Below, piece after piece: positions 1 to 13,302 of a stretch of 64,000 nucleotides of DNA; the stretch's first letter is position 1, and every line of letters begins with the position of its first letter. The stretch spans positions 14,446,001-14,510,000 of the forward strand of contig OZ024753.1 of the NCBI GenBank assembly GCA_964016885.1, given 5' to 3'. This DNA comes from Eledone cirrhosa. Lineage: Eukaryota. The notes below the pieces were generated by a model that saw only the letters and a program-made list of their open reading frames with translations, was not told where the DNA came from and made no database searches. A program made the translations under genes and the position numbers.

Positions 1-90
1 TAAATACCCTAATATTTGATTGATACTTTAATATATCCACATCTGAAAGTTAACCCTGGTGATATTAGAATTGAAACAACAAAAAGACAC

Positions 91-180
91 ACCGTATATA
101 CTTGAATATAAGCTTTCCCCACCTATATTATGCCTGAGAAATGAGCAGAAATCAAAACACCATTTATAAGCCGAGGCAGC
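91..180 (+). mobile_element. possible pogo/Tc2-like DNA transposon terminus
   Basis: accgtatatacttgaatataagc...tataagccgagg resembles such TIRs; no partner TIR seen. Confidence 0.3.
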
Positions 181-744
181 TAATGAACATGTTATGTTTA
201 GATGACAAATATAAGCTGATCTTGCTCAAATTTTACCATCGATTTTTTGGTTACATATTCCTTGGTTTATATTGAAATATATACGTTGATTACATTCTGA
301 AAGGTAATTTTGTCAGCTGCTCTACCAACTCTACAAATCAAACACGCATATCAGACAATAGCAGTAATGGAGAAAGAGATATAATCCCTGAAATTGACTC
401 CAGTACATGACTAGTAAAGCGACAAATTGAAAGATTTAATAGAGTGACGGATAATTTAGTTTGTTTTGGCTCAATCCTCTTAGTGATGAATCCAGTTCAT
501 CTGAGCTCTTAAATGTTATCCAACTTACTTGGGTGGGAGGTCTAACCCTGGTTCTCCTGCTGGCTGGTTTCCCTCACAAAATCTGTCCAGTGATTCCCAA
601 CTTAGACATGGTCAGCAATTTTGTGGGGAGGGGAATGTTGATTATATCAAACCCAGTACTTGACTGGTACTTTATTTTATTCACTATGAAGCGAAAACCA
701 ACCAAACATTGAGTATGTTCTGTTATTATTTCTGGCAATATTAT

Positions 745-785
<41 letters not shown>

Positions 786-788
786 ACA

Positions 789-882
<94 letters not shown>

Positions 883-886
883 AATA

Positions 887-929
<43 letters not shown>

Positions 930-981
930 ATACATATATATATACATATATATATACATATATATATACATATATATATGT

Positions 982-3101
982 ATGACGGGTAAGGCGGCTG
1001 GTCCTTCGGAAATAGTTGCTGAGATGCTGAAGGCATCTGGTTCGGTGGGACACACCATGGTCACCCGGATAGTTAACCAAGTCGTACAGAATGGGGTTGT
1101 TCCGAAGGACTGGCGTAGCAGCATCATCGTTAACTGCTATAAGGGAAAAGGAGATGCCCTAGATAGGAGTAACGATAGAGGCATTAAATTAATCGACCAG
1201 GTCATGAAGGTCACGGAAAAAGTAATAATGCAACTAATCAGAGAGAGAATTGATCTAGATGAAATGCAGTTCAGATTTGTGTCAGGCAAAAGTACCACAG
1301 ACGCTCTTTTCATTGTACGACAACTACAGGAGAAGTACCTAGCTAAAAGTAAACCCCTATACTTAGCTTTCGTCGACTTGGAGAAAGCCTTCGACAGAGT
1401 CCCCCGTTCCATTATCTGGTGGTCTCTTAGAAAACTAGGTGTTGACGAATGGCTTGTGAGAGCTATACAAGCCATGTATAAAGAAACAGTCAGTAAGGTT
1501 AGAATTAACAACAAATATAGTGAAGAGTTTAGCGTAAAAGTTGGTGTCCATCAGGGCTCTGTTCTTAGCCCCCTACTATTTATTATTGCCCTTCAGGCTA
1601 TAACAGAGGAGTTCAAAACCGGCTGCCCATGGGAACTCCTATACACAGATGATCTAACGCTCATAGCTGAATCAATGACCGAACTAGAGAAGAAATTCCA
1701 AACATGGAAGCACGGCCTAGAATCAAAAGGCCTTAAAATTAACCTGGCTAAGACTAAAGTTCTAGTTTGTAGGAAAGAAAATATGGCGGCAGTCCCATCT
1801 GGGAAATGGCCATGCTCAGTGTGTAGGAAAGGCGTAGGTAGAAACTCCATTTTATGTCCCAAATGCAAAGTATGGGTGCATAAAAGATGTAGTGGGATCA
1901 CAGGTAAGCTAACTAAGAACATAGATTTTACATGTGGCCGGTGCTCTGGTGCAATAAGTAGCAGCAAGTGCCCACAAAATACTAGCTCCTTCAACTGCGC
2001 AGAGGGTTCTATAGAAATAGTGGACAGCTTCCGTTACCTGGGTGACAAAATCAGCAGTGGGGGAGGGTGCTCTGAAAGTACAGTAGCTAGAGTCAGAACT
2101 GGATGGAAAAAGTTCAGAGAGCTTATACCACTATTAGCCGCTAGAGGGTTCTCCCTAAAAATGAAAGGCAGGTTATACGATGCTTGCATACGAACAGCAA
2201 TGCTGCATGGCAGTGAGACCTGGGCATTGTGTGCAGAGGATATACGCAGACTAGAGAGGAACGAAGCTTGCATGCTCCGCTGGATGTGCAATAGTAATAT
2301 ACGTGAACGGCAAAGCATAAACGAACTAAGGAAAAAATTAGAAATAAGAGGGATCAGATGTTGTTTACTCGAGAGAAGGCTACGTTGGTACGGTCACGTG
2401 ATGCGCATGAAAGACGACAGCTGTATAACAAAGTGCAGGGCAATAAAGATAGACGGTAGCCACGGAGTAGGCAGACCCAGAAAAACATGGGACGAGCTGA
2501 TAAATTCCGACCTCACACGCTTACACCTCTCCAAGACAATGTCACTGGACCGAGACCTTTGGCGGTACTCAGTAATAGAGAAGACCCGCCTTACCTAAAT
2601 ACAAAGTAAAAACCTACTACAGTCAGTAGGCATCTCTATCAAAACACCCCCCCGTCCCACCACCTCCACCCCATCCACACCGCCCCTTTCAATGTACAGT
2701 TATGTTGGTCCCACAACATCCAGGCCGAAACAAATGAGATCGTGTAGGTGTCACGACAAAAAACACACAGTCCACACTGTAAATGTGGCCGTGTAGGCAA
2801 CACGGTAAAAACCTCCCAGCCCCACACTGTAAATGTGGTTGGTGTTAGGAAGGGCATCCAGCTGTAGAAAACCCGCCAGACAGTCCACGCTGTAATGTGG
2901 CCGTGTAGGCAACACGGTAAAAACCTCCCAGCCCCACACAGTAAATGTGGTTGGTGTTAGGAAGGGCATCCAACTGTAGAAAACCTGCCAGACAGTCCTA
3001 TGCGAGCAAGAAAATCACTCTTGCCTCAAGTGGGAAAACCCCCGTCCAAACCCATGCAAGCGTGGAACACGGACGCTAAACCTGATGATGATGATGATGA
3101 T
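982..3101 (+). mobile_element. 5'-truncated RTE-clade LINE, copy 1 (RT ORF 982-2598, 3' UTR, (GAT)n tail)
   Basis: Motifs [60 protein letters not shown] is uninterrupted, ends in gatgatgat and is flanked by (TA)n. Confidence 0.95.
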
Positions 3102-3227
3102 ATATATACATATATATATACATATATATATATACATATATTACGGGGTCGATAAAATAAAGTACCAGTAATGCACTGGGTAATTGCTGGCCTTGTGCCA
3201 AACGTAGAAACAATTATACATATACAT

Positions 3228-3269
<42 letters not shown>

Positions 3270-3301
3270 AGATCAAAAGATGGTTAAAAGAGTTCCATGT
3301 A

Positions 3302-3368
3302 TTTTATTATGCGCAATTCAAAAACAAATATCATCATGCGATGACATTTGCGTTTTCGTCAGATAAAA
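3302..3368 (-). ncRNA. hammerhead ribozyme with one core mutation
   Basis: ttttat-CTGACGA-aaac-gcaaatgtcatc(gcat)gatgatatttgt-tttt-GAAt-tgcgcat-A-ataaaa. The inverted arm at 3435-3452 keeps GAAATGCGCATA. Confidence 0.65.
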
Positions 3369-3625
3369 TAGGGAGACATGATATGAAGGTAAAAAAACAC
3401 TTGTGAATAGTGCAGTTTTAAATCAACATATCATGAAATGCGCATAATAAAATACATGGAACTCTTTTAACCATCTTTAGATCTTATATATTATTTATAC
3501 TCCAGTTCTACAAACTGTAGAGTGCTACTTATCCAATATCTGCATTGCTTTATTGTACTACAATAAAACTCACCATATATATATACATATATATATATAT
3601 ACACATATATATATTTACATACATA

Positions 3626-3683
<58 letters not shown>

Positions 3684-3740
3684 CATATATATATTTACAT
3701 ATATATATATATACATATATATATATTTACACACATATAC

Positions 3741-3788
<48 letters not shown>

Positions 3789-3789
3789 T

Positions 3790-3840
<51 letters not shown>

Positions 3841-3844
3841 TTAC

Positions 3845-3887
<43 letters not shown>

Positions 3888-4194
3888 TATGTATGTAAAT
3901 ATAAACACATATATATATATATACTTACACACACACACACACACGTGTGTGTGTGTGTGTCAGTGTGAAATTAAATTATTATTTGTCATATTGGGAAAGA
4001 AATGGTTTATAGTTTTTTTCAAACTAATGTAATTCAATTTCTTAATTTAGTTATATTTATTGCAATATTGATCTCTGTACTGAAATAGGGAGAGAATATT
4101 TATAGGAGACATAGTAAGTATCAATGTAAAGACACAGATTAATGGAAAGGTGTTCAACTGAAATGTATACACACACACATATATATAAACTGCT

Positions 4195-4619
4195 TTTTAC
4201 GCCCGTTCTTCCATGCAAGCATGGTTTAGACAGGTTGTCCTTTTGTGGACAGTGTCCGGTCGGCTGACCTTGTCTTGCTCATACGGGAACTGATTCTGGT
4301 TTGATTTCTACAGCTGGATGCCCTTCCTAACACCAACATCATTTACAGTGAGTGCTGGGTGCTTTTCTTTCGTGTCACCTACATATCCACTTTACAGTGT
4401 GGGCTGGGTGCGTTTTTGCCATGGCACCTCCACATTACTTAACAGTGGACTGATAGGGATCCCAGTCCCTATCATCTCATTTCTACATCTGAGTAAACTG
4501 GAGCAATGTAAAATAAAGTGTCTTGCTCAAGGACACAACACATCACCCGGTCTGAGAATTGAACTCACAACCTTTCGATTGCAAGGCCAATGCTCTAACC
4601 ACTAAGCCATGTGCCTCCA
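4195..4619 (-). mobile_element. SINE family A (tRNA-like head, core, RTE-derived tail), long-tail variant
   Basis: Box A tggcttagtgg, box B gagttcaattc, core ccttgagcaagacacttt, tail shared with the RTE 3' UTR. Confidence 0.85.
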
Positions 4620-5242
4620 TATATTATATTATATAATAAGGTTCTGAGTTCAATGCTTTGAACTCTGGATACAAAGAGACAAGTCGGACATATATCACCT
4701 TAAAACCAATCCTCAAGATGGACACAAACCTCAAAAGAATGGGTCTGTGTGCTGCAATGGTCGACCAACGGCTCAAGAGTTCAATCCTTGGCAACATGTA
4801 TCATTGAATATATATATTCTATTTCATGTTATTCATCTCCACTCAGCTGGCAGAAATGAGTTATATCAGGGATTCACAATACATGTCTGTCACATGCTAT
4901 CAGTCTGAATCTCCCTGAAAACTACTTTAACACTACACATGTTTGTGGATTCCTCTTCTATTTCCAGGTTAACCACATGAGCAGGCTGTACCATCATTTA
5001 CACAGCTTGGAACAGCCATTGCTGGAACAGACAGATATCCAATACGATTCAAGCTTTTCAAAATTGTTGACCTCGTGCCTAAATCCGAAACAATTATAAA
5101 GGGCAGTAAATTGGCAGAATTGGTAGAGCATTGGACAACATGCTTTGTGACAATAGTAACATCCCTTTACATTCTGAATTCAAATCCCGCCAAGGTGTCT
5201 TTATGGGGTCGATAGAGTACCAGTAATGCACTAGGGGTTGAT

Positions 5243-5819
5243 TTAACCCTTTAGCATTTAAACTGGCCATATCTTGTCAGAATTTTCTCACTTCTTTCTG
5301 TTCAAATCAGCCACAGCTGGTAACTCATACTGATGTTAAGATATTGTTCTCCAAATATTTAATATCAAAAATCTCATAGATTCATTATTATGTGAGATAA
5401 TTGTGAAATAAAGCCTTTACTGTGAAAATACAATAATATAATGGAGGCACAAGGCTTAGTGGTTAGAGCATTGGCCTTGCAATCGAAAGGTTGAGAGTTC
5501 AATTCTCAGACCGGGTGATATGTTGTTTCCTTGAGCAAGACACTTTATTTCTCATTGCTCCAGTTTACTCAGCTGAAGAAATGAGATGATAGGGAACTGG
5601 TGTCCCTATCATTCCACTCCAAAGTGGTCGTGGAGGTGTCACGGCAAAAAATCACCCAGCACTCACTGTAAATGAGGTTGGTGTTAGGAAGGGCATCCAG
5701 CTGTAGAAATCAAGCCAGAATCAGTTCCCGTCCCACCCTTGCAAGCAGGGAAAAGTGGACGTAAAATGAAATGAATGAATAAATGAATATATAGAGTTAT
5801 GTAAATGCTAAAGGGTTAA
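5243..5819. mobile_element. piggyBac-type MITE (TTAA TSD), interrupted by SINE A
   Basis: TTAA-ccctttagcattta ... taaatgctaaaggg-TTAA. Confidence 0.85.
5442..5786 (+). mobile_element. SINE family A, inserted in a piggyBac-type MITE
   Basis: Full length with probable TSD aatatata and (TGAA)n tail. Confidence 0.9.
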
Positions 5820-6057
5820 TCAACATTCCTTCGCCCTTCAATTGCTGGTCTTGTCCCTAAATTGTAAACCATTATTTGTGAGTGAGATTCTATATATTGT
5901 ATGATTACTATCTTCAACAACAGAATATGTCTGTGAAGAAGTTATTAGAATACAGAATCCTCGGGATAGCACTAAATACAATAATAGATCTGGCTAATAA
6001 TATTACCGCTGCTCAGATGACATCTTATTGTTTTCATAAATAAAATTATACATATCT

Positions 6058-8190
<2,133 letters not shown>

Positions 8191-8452
8191 TATCATCATC
8201 ATCATGATAGCTTTTACATAAATAACATGTAGGATGAAGTCTATGACAATGCAAAGTGGACAGTAGACTTTGGAATTAATAAAAGGCCATGAAGGTATCG
8301 GTGTGTCACCTGTTAATTTATTTACCTCTCCTAAGAATCTAGATGACTATAATGTTAGATGACTATAACGAGAAACTGGCTGGGAGTTTGTGGTTTTGTT
8401 GTTTATTGTTCTGAATGTGTTCAGTAACCAAATGTATCTAGCTATTGTTTCT

Positions 8453-9004
8453 AGAAGAGGAAGGAAGAGGGGGAGGATGAGGGGGAGGAGGAAGAAGAAG
8501 AAGAAGAAGAAGAAGAGGATGAAGGAGAAGAAGACAAAGAGGAGGAGGAAGAAGAAGAAGAGGACGAAGAAGGAGAAGAAGACAAAGAGGAAGAAGAAGA
8601 AGAAAAAGAAGAGGAAGAAGAAGACAAAGAGGAAGAAGAAGACAAAGAGGAAGAAGAAGAAGAAGAAGAAGAAGAAGAGGAGGAAGAAGAAGACAAAGAA
8701 GAAGATGAAGAAGTGGAAGAAGAAGAGGAAGAAAATGAAGAGGAAGAAGAGGACGAAGAAGAAGAAGAAGAAGACGAAGAGGAAGAAGAAGAAGAAAAAG
8801 AAAAAGATGAAGAAAAAAAAGAAGAAAAAGAAGAAGAAAAAGAAGAAGAAGAAAAAGAAGAAGAAGAAGAAGAAGAGAAAGAGGAAGAAGAAGAAGAAGA
8901 CGAAGAAGGTGAAGAAGAAGACGAAGAAGAAGAAGGCGGAGAAGAAGAAGGCGGAGAAGAAGGCGGAGAAGAAGCAGGTGAAGAAGGTGAAGAAGAAGAA
9001 GAAG
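8453..9004. repeat. (GAA/GAG)n polypurine tract
   Basis: Direct reading. Confidence 0.95.
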
Positions 9005-9120
9005 ATATATATATCACCATAGGAATTAGAATAATATCATTACAGTTAATTATATCAGACGGTGTCTGGTGAACATGTGATCAGACACATTTCTTAGCAT
9101 AATTTACTGATTATATATAA

Positions 9121-9713
9121 TCGTTTCTACTTTTGGCACAAGGCCAGCAATTACACAGTACATTACTGGTACTTTATTTTATCGACCCTGTAAGGATGAA
9201 AGGCAAAGTTAACCTCGACGAGATTTAAACTTTGCCTTAACATAGTAAAAGTAAATAGTGACACACGTAATTCCGGAGTTTAAGAATGTTGTAAATAAAA
9301 TTGTAAACGAAAATGACAGGTTATTAAAATAGTTGTTCCTACATTTGGCACAAGGCCAGCAATTACCTAGTACATTACTGGTACTTTATTTTATCGACCC
9401 TGTAAGGATGAAAGGCAAAGTTAACCTCGACGAGATTTAAACTCAGACCATAAAGGGACTAAACTATGCTGGAAAGCATGGTGTCCGACTCTCTACCGAT
9501 ACTGCCAATCTACCGCCCCACTGATTATATATAATTGTTTCTACTTTAGGCACAAGGCCAGCAATTATCCAGTGCATTACTGGTACTTTATTTTATCGAC
9601 CCCGTAAGGATGAAAGGCAAAGTCAACCTCGGCGGGATTTGAACTCAGATCGTAAAGGGACGTAACTATGCTGGAAAGCATGGCGTCCGACCCTCTACCG
9701 ATACTGCCAATCC
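9121..9713 (-). mobile_element. three adjacent copies of SINE family B
   Basis: Head ggcggtggattggcagtatcggtagag, box B gagttcaaatccc, core gcctttcatccttacggggtcgataaaataaagtacc, end gccttgtgccaaaagtagaaacaatt. Confidence 0.85.
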
Positions 9714-9940
9714 ACTGATTATATATAATATCAAATGAACATCCGATATCAATTTCATCTTGTGATAGGTATTTCTTGTGTCATAATTTTATTATTTCTT
9801 ATTTCTAGCAGACATTTTGTGAGCTATTGATTTAATATTACTGTTTCTTCACATGACTTACAGATTAAATACAAACACACATTGTATACATATATATCAT
9901 CATCATCATCACCGTTTTACGTCCGTTCTTCCATGCTGGC

Positions 9941-10007
<67 letters not shown>

Positions 10008-10014
10008 TTATATA

Positions 10015-10495
<481 letters not shown>

Positions 10496-10867
10496 CAAAT
10501 ATTTATATACAAACTTACACACAGACACACACACAAATACATTCATACACACACACATTATAAATATATATATATATATATATGTGCATGTGTGTATTAT
10601 ATTATACATTCATACACACACATATACACATAGATACACACACATACATAAATATTCATAAACAAACTCGCCCCCGCACACACACAGATACATATATAAT
10701 TCCTATGTTTTATTCATAAAAGCTAGTCTTCCAGATACCAAATAATGTACTCAATACTTCAGAGGCTGTGGAATATCCTTTATCATATTAATGCAATGTC
10801 TTACATTGGTGACAAGAATATTCTATTGAACCAAACCCCCATTATATAACTGGTATATAATGATGTC

Positions 10868-11051
10868 GATTGGCAGTATTGGTAGAGCGTCAGACACCTT
10901 GCTTTGCAGCATAGAGTTACGGCCTTTTACGTTCTGAGTTCAAATCCCGCTGAGGTTAACTTTGCCTTTCCTCCTTACGGGGGTTGATAACATAAAATAC
11001 CAGTAATACACTGGGGTAGTTGTTGGCCTTATGTCAAAAGTAGAAAAAATT
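10868..11051 (+). mobile_element. SINE family B
   Basis: Same head, core and end. Confidence 0.8.
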
Positions 11052-11146
11052 ATATAGCTGGTATTCATGTTTTTAACCTCAAGTTGGAAGCAAATGTATT
11101 ATAAAGTTATTTAGCTTCATGTCACTTCTGAGCCTACCATCTGTTC

Positions 11147-11592
11147 CTAGAAAGTAATCTAGCCATTACTTCACCTGTCATCTCTCCCTGTCTGACAGTC
11201 AGAGCTGTCTTTTCTTGTAAAAATGGGTATAGCTTTCATTATGTAAAATCTCCACATTTTGCCTCATTTCTCCCTGCTTTGGGGCACCTTTTTTCATGGT
11301 ACCCCCCATTTGGGTTTTTAGAGTTTTGCAGGTCTGCTCAGAGCTTGCCGTCTCTTGCTAGAAAGTATTCTAGCCATTACTTCACCTGTCATCTCTCCCC
11401 GTCTGACAGTCAGAGCTGTCTTTTCTTGTAAAAATGGGTATAGCTTTCATTATGTAAAATCTCCACATTTTGCCTCATTTCTCCCTGCTTTGGGGCACCT
11501 TTTTTCATGGTACTCCCCATTTGGGTTTTTAGAGTTTTGCAGGTCTGCTCAGAGCTTGCCGTCTCTTGCTAGAAAGTATTCTAGCCATTACT
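11147..11592. repeat. 211-bp tandem duplication (2.1 copies)
   Basis: ctagaaagta recurs at 11147, 11358 and 11569. Confidence 0.95.
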
Positions 11593-11669
11593 AACTTATA
11601 ATTTTGACTATCCATGCTTAAATTGTTGAACATATCCTACACTTTTGAGGTGGTTGGGTTTTAGCTGCT

Positions 11670-11701
<32 letters not shown>

Positions 11702-12192
11702 CACCATCATCATTTTACGTCCATTCTCCTATTCTAGCATGGGTTAGACAGGTTGTCCTGTTGTGGGCAATGCCAAGTTAGATGACCATGTCTTGCTCAT
11801 ACAGAAGTGATTTTGACTTGATTTCTACAGCTGGATGCCCTTCCTAACCCCAACCTCATTTACAGTGAGTACTGGGTGCTTTTTTACCATGGCGCCTACA
11901 TGACCACTTTACAGTGTGGGCAGGGTGATTTTTGCTGTGACACCTACATGATCACTTTACAGAATAAGAGACCACTTCAAGACTCAATTGTAGGCTTACT
12001 ATATTTGTAAAGTATTTTAGTTTTGTTCCCTCTTTATCAGGTAAACCAACAAACTTTAGTCTTGCTGTAATTTAAACATTTTTAGCATCAGTGTTTTTTT
12101 TAAAAATATTATTGTTTAGTCAACAATGGAAAGGCAACCCTCCACTAAACCTGAGTCTCTGAGATTCATGGGAGGTCAAGTGGAAGGAAATC

Positions 12193-12421
12193 TTAACCCT
12201 TTAGTATTTAAACCAGCCATATCCGGCAAGAATTCTCTCACCTCTTTCTGTTCAAACCAGCCATAACTGGCTACTCATACTTATATTAAGGTATTGTTCT
12301 CAAAATAAATAATATCAAAATCTCATAGATTCAATATTATGTGAGATAATTCTGTGAGGTAAAGCCTTTACCTTGATAATACAATAGTAAATATTGTGTA
12401 ATATAAATGTTAAAGGGTTAA
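12193..12421. mobile_element. piggyBac-type MITE
   Basis: TTAAccctttag...taaagggTTAA, ~225 bp. Confidence 0.85.
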
Positions 12422-12544
12422 GCCAGAGACTCTGAGATTGGTTGGGCTGGGGCATGAGGAAGGAATCATCAAGGTGGGGTAGACTGGGGAGGTTACTGAA
12501 TTTCTCTCTCTTCCTTAATACTGCTCGTGTTATTTGCGTATTGA

Positions 12545-12893
12545 ATCATCATCATCATCATCATTTCATTTTACGTCCACTTTTCCCTGCTTGCAAGGGT
12601 GGGACGGGAACTGATTCTGGCTTGATTTCTACAGCTGGATGCCCTTCCTAACACCAACCTCATTTACAGTGAGTGCTGGGTGATTTTTTTGCCGTGGCAC
12701 CTCCACGACCACTTTGCAGTGGAATGATAGGGACCCCAGTCCCTATCATCTCATTTCTACAGCTGAGTAAACTGGAGCAATGTGAAATAAAGTGTCTTGC
12801 TCAAGGAAACAACACATCACCCGGTCTGAGAATTGAACTCACAACCTTTCGATTGCAAGGCCAATGCTCTAACCACTAAGCCATGTGCCTCCA
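12545..12893 (-). mobile_element. SINE family A
   Basis: Full length, (GAT)n tail. Confidence 0.9.
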
Positions 12894-13302
12894 CCTGAAT
12901 AATCATACTTATTTTTTCCTTTTTGTTTCTTTCCTATTCTTTAGATACTTATCTGACACAATCCATTATTACTAAACATTTACCTCTCTAGTTCCATCCT
13001 CCGCTCTCTCTCTCTTCTATTGCTTCTATCTAACTTCTTAACGTAACAGTAAATTTCCCTAGCTATACAAATTTTCACTTTATTTCTATAATTTTAGCGT
13101 GTCAATGATTTAATGGTTTTTATAGTTTAAGATTTCTCCTTGGTTATTAGTATGTCATCAATAATATCAACACATCACTTATAGATATTACTCTCCAAAA
13201 TAAATCTAGTTTCATACATTGTGATGCTTCTGATGATCCAAATATCTAGATGATTAACAAACATAGGGGTCTCTTCATTTATTTTTTCCATTTTTTTTCA
13301 TT

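Noticed and set aside
709-981. N-terminal extension of the 629-aa RT ORF
   Set aside because: In-frame microsatellite upstream of a 5'-truncated LINE
5442-5515. tRNA-like sequence with A and B boxes
   Set aside because: SINE head; no complete cloverleaf or acceptor stem
8390-9072. Poly-K, poly-E and poly-S ORFs
   Set aside because: (GAA)n tract with no unique coding context or convincing splice sites
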